A DNA stretch of 64,000 bases from Methanobacteriota archaeon (GCA_020696385.1 JAEHCQ010000006.1:1-64000), one strand, 5' to 3'; numbered from the stretch's first letter, positions 35,862 through 45,593 are shown. Made by a program: numbers and translations. The notes: a model not told the origin generated them from the letters alone.

Positions 35862-38800
35862 AAATAAGCAAGATCGTCCACCTTAGGGACATGGCCCAGA
35901 GGGGTAAGGAATCCATGGATAATGGAACACCCCAGGTGATATTTGGATTGGCCACCTGTGGAATAGCAGCTGGCGGAATGCCGCTCAAGGAATATGCAGA
36001 GCTGTATCTGGATGAGAACGATGTTCATGCGGACATCGTTTCCGTGGGTTGCATCGGTATGTGCCATGCGGAACCATTGGTCGATATCAAATTACCCGGA
36101 AAGCCACGTGTTACCTATTCGGACATGGACATTGAAAAGCTGAAGAAGATACTGGATGAGCACCTTGTTGGGGAGGAGCCCGTCAAGGACCTTGCAATGT
36201 GCCAGCTTACAGATGAGATATCCGAGTGCGAGCATGGTGTCATTGCCGAGACCGATATCTATGATGGCATTCCAAGATATCAGGATCTACCTTTCTTTGC
36301 CAAGCAGATAAGGGTGGCCTTGAGGAACTGTGGAATTGTGGTTCCTGAGGATATCGAGGAATACATCGCCAGGGGCGGCTACCGAGCTGCTTACAGATCA
36401 CTGTTCGAACTAACGCCAGAGGAAATAATTGGCGAGGTCAAGACATCTGGAATACGCGGAAGAGGTGGAGCTGGTTTCCCAACTGGTTTGAAATGGGAGT
36501 TCTGTCACAAAGCACCAGGTGACGTGAAATACGTTATCTGTAATGCAGATGAAGGAGATCCAGGAGCTTACATGGATCGTGCAGTTTTAGAAGGTGATCC
36601 GCACAGTGTTATCGAAGGTATGATAATCGGTGGATACGCAATGGGAGCCTCGGATGGTTATATCTACATCCGTGCTGAATACCCGCTGGCCATCGAGAAA
36701 CTGAAGAAAGCTATTGCTTCTGCAGAAGAACATGGCATACTTGGTGACCGTGTCTTTGGAATGGATTACAGCTTCAGGATACACATTCGTGAGGGAGCTG
36801 GTGTTTTCGTTTGTGGTGAAGAAACTGCGCTCATAAACTCCATCGAAGGTAAGAGAGGCGAACCGAGGCCAAGACCGCCATTCCCGGCTGTCAGCGGTCT
36901 TTGGGGCAAACCTACAAATATCAACAATGTCGAGACCTGGGCCAATATCGCCATGATACTTCAGAAGGGCGGAAAATGGTTCTCCACCATGGGAACAGAG
37001 AAGAGCACTGGGACTAAAGTATTCTCTTTGGTAGGGAAAGTGAACCGCGCAGGTCTTATTGAAGTTCCAATGGGAATTCCGATGAAGGACATCATCTATG
37101 AGATCGGCGGCGGTATCATGGACGGCCGCAAGTTCAAGGCCGTTCAGACAGGCGGCCCCTCTGGTGGTTGTATTCCGGAGGAACATCTGGATATTCCCGT
37201 GGATTATGATAATCTGAAAACACTGGGTTCCATTGTTGGATCTGGTGGAATGGTGGTTCTCGATGAGGACACCTGCATGGTGGATGTTGCAAGATACTTC
37301 CTCACTTTCACAGCCGAGGAATCATGTGGGAAATGTACTCCATGCAGGATCGGAACAAGAAGATTGCTGGAGATACTTGAGAAGATATGTCACGGAGAAG
37401 GTGTGATGGAGGATCTCGAGGTACTTACGAGCCTTTCCGAGCAAGTGAGTGCAAGTGCGCTCTGTGCCCTTGGAGGAACAGCACCCAATCCGATCATCAC
37501 CACCATGAAGTACTTCATGAACGAGTATGTGGATCACATTGAGAACAAAATATGTGATGCATCTGTTTGCGCAGCCATGTTCAAGTCGCCATGTCAGAAC
37601 ACATGCCCGGCAGGAACCAATGTGCCTGGTTACATCCAGCTGATAACAGAAGGCAGGTATGCAGAAGCATATGATGTCAACAGGGAGGCAAACCCCTTCC
37701 CATCCATTTGTGGAAGGGTCTGTGAGCATCCTTGTGAAGGTAGATGCCAGCGTGCGCAATTGGACGAACCAATCGCCATTCGTGAGCTCAAGAGATATGC
37801 TTCTGATGAGGCATTCAAGGCAGGCGTTGGAAAAATATCCACACTTGATGATGTGGATAAGACCATCGCCATTGTGGGTGGAGGACCATCCGGTCTTTCA
37901 GCAGCCTATTTCCTGAGAAGGATGGGGTACAAGCCAACTATCTATGAAGCCGAAGAGAAGATGGGTGGCTGGGTACGATACGGAATTCCAAAGTACAGAC
38001 TGCCACATGAGATAATCGACAAGGAGATCCAGGATATCATCGATCTGGGTGTTGTGGCCAAGACAAATACCAGTGTGGGCAAGGACGTGACAATGGAAAC
38101 ACTGCTCAATGATAATGATGCGGTATACCTGGCCATCGGAGCCCAGAAGGACACGAAACTGGGACTGGAAGGTGAAGATCTTCCAGGCGTGCTTCCAGGA
38201 CTTCAGCTGCTCAAGGAAATGAACAGCGGCAAGTCTGTAGATCTGGGTCAGAGCATTCTCGTGATAGGTGGAGGAAATGTGGCTATCGATGTCGCAAGGA
38301 CCGCTGTCAGGATGGGAACCAAGGTCACCATATGCTACAGACGAGAAGAGGATGACATGCCAGCTTACGATGAGGAGATCGAACACTGCAGAGAGGAAGG
38401 CGTGGAATATCACTTCCTGGTCGCACCCGAGAAGCTCATTGTGGAAGGCGGAAAGGTCGTTGGAGCAGTCTTCAGAAAGAATGTCATGGGCGACTTCACC
38501 AAGTGGGGCCGCAGATCACCTGTCGCTACCGATGAGACTGTCGAGATAAGGGCTGACCGTGTGGTCAATGCCATTGGACAACAATTGGATACTGACTTTG
38601 CTGGTGGAATGAATATCGTGGGTGATTCAAGGTGGATACCCGTAGAAGGAACAGGAAGCTCAGCTTGGTTCCCGAAGATATTCGCTGGTGGAGACGCAGT
38701 AACTGGACCTGCAAGTGTGATAGATGTGGTGGCTGATGGTAAGAGAGCGGCCAAGAACATTGATCTGTTCTTGGGTGGCAATGACCGACTGGCCGAGTTG

Positions 38801-39013
38801 GAAAAGATGAACAATACCAACTATTCCAATGTCGAGCCAGACAATGCCGAGCCAATGCAGAGACAGGGCGTTAAGGAACTCAATGCTGATGATAGGACAT
38901 GCGGCTTCGAGGAAGTTGTCATGTGTATGGATTCAGAATGTGCAAAGAAAGAGGCATCCAGGTGTTTGAGGTGTGATCTCAGTGCGGACACAGATGGAGG
39001 TGATGTTGAATGA
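35858..39013 (+). CDS. HydB/NuoF diaphorase fused to a GltD/NfnB-like FAD-NADP(H) module
   Basis: N-terminal TRX-like [2Fe-2S], GRGGAGFP, NADEGDPGAYMD, FVCGEE, GGPSG, CGKCTPC...C; then PCQNTCP, CGRVC..PCE..C, GGGPSG, GGGNVAID, YRR, EASRCLRC. Confidence 0.93.
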   Translation: MKISKIVHLRDMAQRGKESMDNGTPQVIFGLATCGIAAGGMPLKEYAELYLDENDVHADIVSVGCIGMCHAEPLVDIKLPGKPRVTYSDMDIEKLKKILDEHLVGEEPVKDLAMCQLTDEISECEHGVIAETDIYDGIPRYQDLPFFAKQIRVALRNCGIVVPEDIEEYIARGGYRAAYRSLFELTPEEIIGEVKTSGIRGRGGAGFPTGLKWEFCHKAPGDVKYVICNADEGDPGAYMDRAVLEGDPHSVIEGMIIGGYAMGASDGYIYIRAEYPLAIEKLKKAIASAEEHGILGDRVFGMDYSFRIHIREGAGVFVCGEETALINSIEGKRGEPRPRPPFPAVSGLWGKPTNINNVETWANIAMILQKGGKWFSTMGTEKSTGTKVFSLVGKVNRAGLIEVPMGIPMKDIIYEIGGGIMDGRKFKAVQTGGPSGGCIPEEHLDIPVDYDNLKTLGSIVGSGGMVVLDEDTCMVDVARYFLTFTAEESCGKCTPCRIGTRRLLEILEKICHGEGVMEDLEVLTSLSEQVSASALCALGGTAPNPIITTMKYFMNEYVDHIENKICDASVCAAMFKSPCQNTCPAGTNVPGYIQLITEGRYAEAYDVNREANPFPSICGRVCEHPCEGRCQRAQLDEPIAIRELKRYASDEAFKAGVGKISTLDDVDKTIAIVGGGPSGLSAAYFLRRMGYKPTIYEAEEKMGGWVRYGIPKYRLPHEIIDKEIQDIIDLGVVAKTNTSVGKDVTMETLLNDNDAVYLAIGAQKDTKLGLEGEDLPGVLPGLQLLKEMNSGKSVDLGQSILVIGGGNVAIDVARTAVRMGTKVTICYRREEDDMPAYDEEIEHCREEGVEYHFLVAPEKLIVEGGKVVGAVFRKNVMGDFTKWGRRSPVATDETVEIRADRVVNAIGQQLDTDFAGGMNIVGDSRWIPVEGTGSSAWFPKIFAGGDAVTGPASVIDVVADGKRAAKNIDLFLGGNDRLAELEKMNNTNYSNVEPDNAEPMQRQGVKELNADDRTCGFEEVVMCMDSECAKKEASRCLRCDLSADTDGGDVE

Positions 39014-39069
39014 GCGACTATAAGGAGCACATTCAAAAGCCCGTAATGATAATGGAGGGATTCTGAATG
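38996..39069 (+). repeat. Intercistronic double-hairpin element copy D, with mini-ORF MSDYKEHIQKPVMIMEGF* (39010-39066)
   Basis: TTGAATG-AGC-GACTATAAGGA-GCA-CATTCAA then AGCCC-GTAA...GGA-GGGATT; the TGA abuts the next ATG. Confidence 0.8.
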
Positions 39070-39747
39070 GCAACGACTTCATTCAAAATAAACATAGTGA
39101 TTGATGGAAAGGACTATGCTGGAGAGCCGAACCAGACAGTACTGGATGTAGCAAGGGCGAACTCGGTTGATATACCAACCCTTTGCTTCAATCCACTGTT
39201 CCCCGACCACAGGATCGGGTCTTGCAGACTGTGTCTGGTCGAGGTGAAAGCAGGGGGCAGACCCGGTCTGCAACCAAGTTGTACGATGCCAGTTTCTTCT
39301 GGATTATCTGTATCCACTATCAGCGATGCGGTGTATCAGGCAAGGAGGACTGTTGTAGAACTTCTGCTATCCGAGCATGTTCAGAAATGTCGCGATTGTC
39401 CAGTCAGTGGCGAGTGTAACTTTGCCAAGCTGTGCAGGGATTATGATATTAATGGAGTACCCGTATGTGCCGAATGCCCGAATCAGGGAGAAGGCTGTCT
39501 TTTGACAAGAGGAGAGCTTTGCCTGGGACCATTGACATATGCCAACTGTAATGCTTTCTGCACCCGAAAAGGGTACAGGTGCGAGGGTTGTCATTCGATA
39601 ATGGCCAATGAGGATATTCTCAGGTTCGGATTGAAGGCATACAAGGATGCTGGCTTCACAAAAGAAGAGATACTTGTAGCGGCCAAGGTCTTCTCCTATG
39701 ATTCGATGGAGATGCTTGAGCGTGTGATGACCGAGGAGGGGTTTTGA
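39067..39747 (+). CDS. Fusion of HydA/NuoG N-terminal [2Fe-2S] and His-[4Fe-4S] domain with the [NiFe] small-subunit C-terminal Fe-S domain
   Basis: IPTLC...GSCRLCLVE...C; H.xxC..C.....C; then PVCAEC...C...CLGP....C...C......CEGC, matching the C-terminal half of 45590-46366. Confidence 0.9.
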   Translation: MATTSFKINIVIDGKDYAGEPNQTVLDVARANSVDIPTLCFNPLFPDHRIGSCRLCLVEVKAGGRPGLQPSCTMPVSSGLSVSTISDAVYQARRTVVELLLSEHVQKCRDCPVSGECNFAKLCRDYDINGVPVCAECPNQGEGCLLTRGELCLGPLTYANCNAFCTRKGYRCEGCHSIMANEDILRFGLKAYKDAGFTKEEILVAAKVFSYDSMEMLERVMTEEGF

Positions 39748-39808
39748 ATGCGAGAACAAAGTGATTGTATTCAAGAACCCGGAATGCCAAAGGAGGGATT
39801 CTAAGATG
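39733..39808 (+). repeat. Intercistronic double-hairpin element copy E, with mini-ORF MREQSDCIQEPGMPKEGF* (39748-39804)
   Basis: TTTTGAATGC-GA-GAACAAAGTGA-TT-GTATTCAAGA then GAACCC-GGAA...GGA-GGGATTC; the mini-ORF ends EGF* like the upstream gene. Confidence 0.8.
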
Positions 39809-41131
39809 AGTGAAATAAACATTAATGTAGAGCATTTGACAAGAGTAGAAGGACATGGAAACATCGTCCTGAATGCGAAAGATGGTACCATTGAGAAGAT
39901 ACAGTGGCAGGTCTCAGAGGCCCCACGTCTCTTCGAGTCCTTCGTCAGAGGCAAGCCATACAATCAGTTGGCTCCAATAACATCCAGGATATGTGGTATC
40001 TGTTCAATAGGCCACACACTGGCCTCATTGAAAGCTACTGAGGCCGCTATGGATATTGAAATATCCGAGCAGAGTCAGAAACTGAGACGATTGGCTATCC
40101 ATGCCGAGAATCTTCAGAGCCACATACTCCATGTAGGATACCTTGTAGCTCCTGATCTTTTTGGTGTTGGGAGCGTGGTGCCACTCGTTGGTTCAAACCC
40201 CAACGAGGTATTGGCTATCGTCAAGCTCCACAGACAGGCTAACTTGATGTCCGATCTGATATGCGGCAGGACGACACATCCTACAAATCTGGTGCCAGGC
40301 GGTATCTACAAAACACCATCTCCATATGCGCTGAAGGATATCAAACAGAACCTGCTGGATATGGTTCCAACAGGCAATGCGGTCGGCGAGGTCATACTTG
40401 CCAATGCAGGAGCCCTTCCGGATTTCAAGAGAGATACGGAATACATCGCTCTTGTTACGGATGATGAATATGCCCTGTATGATGGAATGGTTGGGTCAAC
40501 CGATGAGGAGCCACAGCACGTGGATGCTTACAAGACCATTGTGAATGAGTTCGTGGTCCCATATTCCACAGCCAAGTTTACCAAGAATAAACGCGACTCA
40601 TACATGGTCGGAGCATTGGCCAGGTTCAACCTGAATGCCGACAAGCTCAGTCCTATGGCCAAAGAATGGGCCAGCAAGTTCGGTCTAAAACCAGTTAATC
40701 CAAATCCCTTCATGAACAATGTGGCGCAATTCGTTGAATTCGTTCACTCCATCGAGGATTCCGTCAGGATAATCGACGAGCTATTGGACGGCGGATTGAA
40801 GCAGGAGCCAACACCAAAGGTCACGCCAAAGGCAGGACGTGGTGTAGGTGCTGTGGAAGTTCCAAGAGGTCTTCTCTTCCATGAATATGAGTATGATGAC
40901 AAGGGAAACTGTGTAAAGGCGAACTGTGTGATACCGACCAATATGAACCACAACAATATCAACCAGGATTTCGCGGCTATAGCTCCAACACTCCTTGATC
41001 TACCAGAGAAACAGATCGAGCTGACATTGGAGATGCTTGTCAGAGCGTATGATCCGTGCATAAGCTGTTCCACCCACTATCTGAATGTCGAGTGGGCCAA
41101 TGGCTCTGGGACAAAAACGGGGGGGAACTAA
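39806..41131 (+). CDS. Group 3b-type [NiFe]-hydrogenase large subunit (hybrid operon)
   Basis: TRVEGHG, RICGICSIGH (L1), EVPRG, DPCISCSTH (L2) plus cleavable C-terminal extension. Confidence 0.96.
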   Translation: MSEININVEHLTRVEGHGNIVLNAKDGTIEKIQWQVSEAPRLFESFVRGKPYNQLAPITSRICGICSIGHTLASLKATEAAMDIEISEQSQKLRRLAIHAENLQSHILHVGYLVAPDLFGVGSVVPLVGSNPNEVLAIVKLHRQANLMSDLICGRTTHPTNLVPGGIYKTPSPYALKDIKQNLLDMVPTGNAVGEVILANAGALPDFKRDTEYIALVTDDEYALYDGMVGSTDEEPQHVDAYKTIVNEFVVPYSTAKFTKNKRDSYMVGALARFNLNADKLSPMAKEWASKFGLKPVNPNPFMNNVAQFVEFVHSIEDSVRIIDELLDGGLKQEPTPKVTPKAGRGVGAVEVPRGLLFHEYEYDDKGNCVKANCVIPTNMNHNNINQDFAAIAPTLLDLPEKQIELTLEMLVRAYDPCISCSTHYLNVEWANGSGTKTGGN

Positions 41132-41553
41132 TGGAAAGTGTATCACAGAATTCGTATGAAGCAAATGATATCCTTGACCTCATCCAGGCCTGTGGAACAG
41201 GAACTGGCATGGAGCAACAAGGTGCGCGCAATTCTCTTGAAAGGGTAGGAGGATCTGCTGTTGGTCCACTGTCAGAGGCACTATTGCATGACACGAATGC
41301 AATAGTGAGATACAGGTCTGCCGAGGCCCTTGGTCATATTGGGGACCCCTGTGCTATAGAACCATTGATAAAAGCTCTGGGGGATGATGATTCATCGGTC
41401 CAGTGGAGGTCCATCGAGGCATTGATAGATATCGGTGAGCCAGCAATGGAAATGATCGCTTCGAAAGTAAATGGCAGGAATATCAGTAAGGATCTGCGAT
41501 GTAACCTGCGCTATGCTTTGATGGAGATCCTGGAAAATCGAGGTAAGCAATAA
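41131..41553 (+). CDS. HEAT/PBS-lyase repeat protein (140 aa)
   Basis: VRYRSAEALGHIGDP.AIEPLIKAL.D....VQW....AL..IG; TAATG overlap with the large-subunit gene. Confidence 0.85.
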   Translation: MESVSQNSYEANDILDLIQACGTGTGMEQQGARNSLERVGGSAVGPLSEALLHDTNAIVRYRSAEALGHIGDPCAIEPLIKALGDDDSSVQWRSIEALIDIGEPAMEMIASKVNGRNISKDLRCNLRYALMEILENRGKQ

Positions 41554-41580
41554 AGGAAGACCAAGCGTAAATAGAATAAT

Positions 41581-41612
41581 GGTCGGATGAGTAATACTTC
41601 ACTCATCCGATC
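41581..41612. terminator. Hairpin between convergent genes, including the regulator's 3' end
   Basis: GGTCGGATGAGT-AATACTTC-ACTCATCCGATC. Confidence 0.55.
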
Positions 41613-42654
41613 TCTTTTCATTTTTTCTCTTCAAGTTCTTTATGATGCCGTGTGATATCTTCTGCTGATCGATATGCGTGGCCATTCTGGGTGAGAGGTA
41701 TATCTTCTTCATGGCTCCTATGCATTCCTTGAACCTGTGATCGTACTTGTCCTCCCAATCAAAATGATCCTCCACACTGGGGAACACACCAAAGAGAAGG
41801 AAATTATATCTGCCGATGCCAGCTTCCCACGCCATCGGTATATGATCATCATTCTCTATTGCCTTTAGTATCTTTGATTTGGTCCTCTTGACCTCCATCA
41901 GGTAATAGACAAGTATCTGGTCTGGGGGTACGAAGAAATTTGGAAATCTGCATACGGGATCCGAGATTATGCCCGCCTCTTTCAATGATCTGAGGCGTCT
42001 TTCGATGGTCTTTCTGTGGACATCCAGCTTCTGTGCCAGCATGTTCTCATTGGTTCTTATCCCATCTCCCTGTACCAGCATTTTGAGTATATTGAAGCAT
42101 AGATTGTTGATATTGTATCCATTGAGGCTTAGCTTGCCAGTCCCCTTGAACTTTTTCTCCATTATGAATATTGGAGAGTAAGGTTTGTTCTTTATGATGT
42201 CCTTATTGCTGAACACCAGGACATGAGCTGAATTCCTCCTGTCTCTCTGCGGGATCTTATTGGTATTGACTATCTCTTTTTTCCACTGGCCATAGGAGTG
42301 TATGTCCTTGTGGAATTCGATCAATAATGTATTGTATTCCTCGTCCCTAACATGGAAGGCTGCGAAGATGTGCTCATCGCTCTTGAACCAGTTCTCGGTA
42401 TCATCATTTCTCGGAAGCTCAGCTCTTGCGATCGCGAGCATCGGGTATTCATCATACAGCCAGCTAAATGGATACACTGGCTTATTGATAATTTCATGGC
42501 TGAATAATGCATTTATCTGGGACTTGATAGTGTTCCGATGTCTATCAAGGGTCTTTGCAAGGTGGCTTATGTTCACTTCCACTCCTTCACCGGTGCAAAT
42601 ACTCTCCAGAATTTTCAGATTCAATTCATCTTCTAGCAGTTCTGTCATTATCAC
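41599..42654 (-). CDS. Tandem-duplicated Lrp/AsnC-like wHTH regulator (paralog), divergent from the group 3b operon
   Basis: LLEDEL...ILE.IC.G.GV..N.S.LAK.LDRHRNTIKSQ shared with 32277-33326; probable start ATG 42648. Confidence 0.75.
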   Translation of the reverse strand: MIMTELLEDELNLKILESICTGEGVEVNISHLAKTLDRHRNTIKSQINALFSHEIINKPVYPFSWLYDEYPMLAIARAELPRNDDTENWFKSDEHIFAAFHVRDEEYNTLLIEFHKDIHSYGQWKKEIVNTNKIPQRDRRNSAHVLVFSNKDIIKNKPYSPIFIMEKKFKGTGKLSLNGYNINNLCFNILKMLVQGDGIRTNENMLAQKLDVHRKTIERRLRSLKEAGIISDPVCRFPNFFVPPDQILVYYLMEVKRTKSKILKAIENDDHIPMAWEAGIGRYNFLLFGVFPSVEDHFDWEDKYDHRFKECIGAMKKIYLSPRMATHIDQQKISHGIIKNLKRKNEKRSDE

Positions 42655-42925
42655 CTGGATAAACTGTCAATATAAATACATTTTCAATGATATAATGCTA
42701 TAATTTATTATTTGAGGTGTGAAAATATATACATAATACGCGCGCCCTCATCTAGGTGATATTTTGTATGTTATAGCACTAATTATCATTAATAGTATCA
42801 TTTACGACACTTTATTTCATTTATGTTATCATAATTTATTAATACATATCTGGTGTTATCAATTGATAATGACTGGTTAGTTCAAAGTTTTAAGACAGAA
42901 AACCAGGAAATATGGAGTAGATAAA

Positions 42926-43657
42926 ATGGAAAAGACCTATAAATTAAACATTAATGGTTTGGATGATAAAATGGATGGAGGCATTCCTGAAAAACACATA
43001 ATTCTTCTGGCAGGAACACCTGGAACCATGAAGTCCACATTAGCCTACCGTACTTTGATGGCCAATGCACAGGACGGTGAGACCAAGGCTCTATATCTAA
43101 CACTGGAGCAGGATCGGGACAATTTCATGTACCACCTGACCAAGCTGGGTATGGGCGATAATGTGGAGGGAAGACTGAATCTCTATGACCTCACCACGAC
43201 AAGAGAGCAGTGGTTGAAGCTGAGTCAGGACTCGGGGATCCATCCAGAGGACCCGACTGGCAAAGTGAACATGGAGACCTTCAAGAGGCAATTGGAAACA
43301 TTGAAGAATGCTCTGGGTTTTAATCTGTTGGTCATTGATTCTCTACCTGTGGTCGAGATGATGTTCAAAATGGATGATCCGAGGGATGAGTTGTTCCACT
43401 TTTTCAAATGGCTGAAGAAGCTGGGTGTAACAACATTCTTGATAACCGAGATGAGCCAGGATTCTCCAAAATTCAGCAAGCATGATATCGATTTCCTTGC
43501 TGATGGTATAATCAAATTATCAATGGAACAGATAAATCCTACCAAGAGCCAGAGACAGATCCAGATAATCAAGATGAGAGGTGTGAATCACACCACAGAT
43601 CCATTTGAGCTTCGCTACACGCCAGATGGGTTCGAAGCACTAAAAGTCATTAATTGA
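42926..43657 (+). CDS. KaiC-like/RAD55 single-domain RecA-superfamily ATPase
   Basis: Walker A GTPGTMKS, Walker B LVIDS, LITE, FLADGII.L, I.KMRG..H. Confidence 0.9.
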   Translation: MEKTYKLNINGLDDKMDGGIPEKHIILLAGTPGTMKSTLAYRTLMANAQDGETKALYLTLEQDRDNFMYHLTKLGMGDNVEGRLNLYDLTTTREQWLKLSQDSGIHPEDPTGKVNMETFKRQLETLKNALGFNLLVIDSLPVVEMMFKMDDPRDELFHFFKWLKKLGVTTFLITEMSQDSPKFSKHDIDFLADGIIKLSMEQINPTKSQRQIQIIKMRGVNHTTDPFELRYTPDGFEALKVIN

Positions 43658-43676
43658 TAGAAACGGAGGAATAAGA

Positions 43677-45593
43677 ATGAAAATAATATCAAAACAAGAT
43701 TTCGATGCCTTTATAAATGCCCTGATCCAGGATGAATCTTTGGATGTTGAGGGTGTGAAAGCCAAAGGAGATAAGTTCGTATTTGGACCGTTAGATACAG
43801 CAACAGAGCTGCGCCTGGACTATGATGTGACCATACTTCCACCCAAGAAGTATTTCCTTCCTCAGTACGAGACCATGATGCATTTCGATATATCAACTGG
43901 GAAGGCCACGGCTCCAGCAATGGACACGAAGAAGGTCATTGTGGGAGTTCATCCATATGACCTGATAGCGATCCAGCAGATGGACAAATACTTCTTTGAC
44001 ACCAATGTTGATGACATATATCTGCAGAAGAGGAAGAACTCTCTTCTGATAGGTGTAATGCCCGCGAAGGCCTCTGAGAAGGCCTTCTATGGGGATCTGA
44101 TGAAAAATGCAGGTACTCCAGAATTGCACTTCGATCTGATGGTGACTGACCTGGGTGTGCTATATGCTGTCCTTCCAGGAACTCCGGAAGGGGCACAGCT
44201 CCTTTCGAGAGCGACATCCCGGGATGCACAGCCCCAGGAGATAGAGGCTGCCAAGAACAAGCGGCAGGAAGCGATAGACAGGGCAACAAGAGGTTTGAAG
44301 GTTGGTCCTAAGGCATGGCATTCTCTTCTATCGAACAACTACATGAGCTCAATATGGAAGGAGATGGCAGATCAGTGTCTGGCATGCGGTTCCTGTACTC
44401 TCGTTTGTCCAACATGTTTCTGCTATGATGTCAATGACGAGGTCGGATTGGACCTCAATACCGGTGTCAGGACCAGAACCTGGGATGGCTGTCTTCTTAG
44501 AGACTTCACAAAGGTCGCACCTGGCGAGATATTCAGGGAGGATATCGTCGAGAGATATCGCCACAGGATAAACAGGAAGGGCAAGTACCTCCCCGAATCA
44601 ATGGGCTTCGTTGCCTGTGTGGGATGTGGGAGATGCTCAAGCCAGTGTGTTCCTGATATTGCTGATCCGGTCAATTTGATCAATAAATTGGCTGAGGCAA
44701 CTATGGACACGATACCCGACACGAATATGGGCCATGTGCCAGAGAAATCTGACCTTGGAATAATTGCCAGTGATTCATTGTACATACCAAGGACCGCGAC
44801 CATAAGACGGATGATGAAACTCACCAAGACAGAGACTTTCTTCGAGATCGGTCTAGATGATGGCCAGCCTCTTGGACATGTGCCTGGTCAGTTTGTCGAG
44901 GTATCCATATACGGTGTGGGTGAAGCACCAATTTCAGTATCTTCTCCTCCCGGAGGGAACACATTCCAATTGATAGTAAGGAATGTGGGGGATCTGACCA
45001 ATAAGCTCCATTCATTGAGCGAAGGAGACAAGATTGGGATCAGAGGTCCATTCGGTACTGGCTTTGACACGGAAGGTATGAGGGGAAAGAACATTTTGTT
45101 CATTGGTGGTGGATTGGGCATAGTTCCAATGCGCTCCCTTATCAAGTATGTGCTGAACAACCGTGCAGACTATGGCAAGGTCATGATCCTCTATGGTTGC
45201 AAGGATCCCAGTGAGCTTCTCTTCAAGGATGAGATATCTCAATGGGAGAATACACCTGGCGTCGAAATGCATAGGACAGTGGATACCTGTGCAGAGGGCG
45301 AAAATTGGGATGGGCAGGTAGGTGTCATAACCACCATCATGCCTATGGTGACCTTCGACCCATTGAATACCATCGCTGTGGTAGTTGGACCACCGATCAT
45401 GTACAGGTTCGTGAACCGCGATCTGCTTAACATGGGTATGCCTGAGGAGAATATCATTGTCTCTCTGGAAAGGCGTATGAAATGCGGCGTGGGCAAGTGC
45501 GGTCACTGCCAGATAAATGGAATATATGTCTGTAAAGAGGGGCCTGTATTCAATTATAAAGACATTAAAGATGAACCGGAGGCGTTTTCATGA
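43677..45593 (+). CDS. Fused group 3b hydrogenase beta (2[4Fe-4S]) and gamma (FAD/NAD(P), [2Fe-2S]) subunit
   Basis: PPKKYF, CLACGSC..VCPTCFC, CVGCGRC...C; then PGQF, GEAPIS, RGPFG, GGGLG, ERRMKCGVGKCGHC...C.EGPVF. Confidence 0.93.
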   Translation: MKIISKQDFDAFINALIQDESLDVEGVKAKGDKFVFGPLDTATELRLDYDVTILPPKKYFLPQYETMMHFDISTGKATAPAMDTKKVIVGVHPYDLIAIQQMDKYFFDTNVDDIYLQKRKNSLLIGVMPAKASEKAFYGDLMKNAGTPELHFDLMVTDLGVLYAVLPGTPEGAQLLSRATSRDAQPQEIEAAKNKRQEAIDRATRGLKVGPKAWHSLLSNNYMSSIWKEMADQCLACGSCTLVCPTCFCYDVNDEVGLDLNTGVRTRTWDGCLLRDFTKVAPGEIFREDIVERYRHRINRKGKYLPESMGFVACVGCGRCSSQCVPDIADPVNLINKLAEATMDTIPDTNMGHVPEKSDLGIIASDSLYIPRTATIRRMMKLTKTETFFEIGLDDGQPLGHVPGQFVEVSIYGVGEAPISVSSPPGGNTFQLIVRNVGDLTNKLHSLSEGDKIGIRGPFGTGFDTEGMRGKNILFIGGGLGIVPMRSLIKYVLNNRADYGKVMILYGCKDPSELLFKDEISQWENTPGVEMHRTVDTCAEGENWDGQVGVITTIMPMVTFDPLNTIAVVVGPPIMYRFVNRDLLNMGMPEENIIVSLERRMKCGVGKCGHCQINGIYVCKEGPVFNYKDIKDEPEAFS

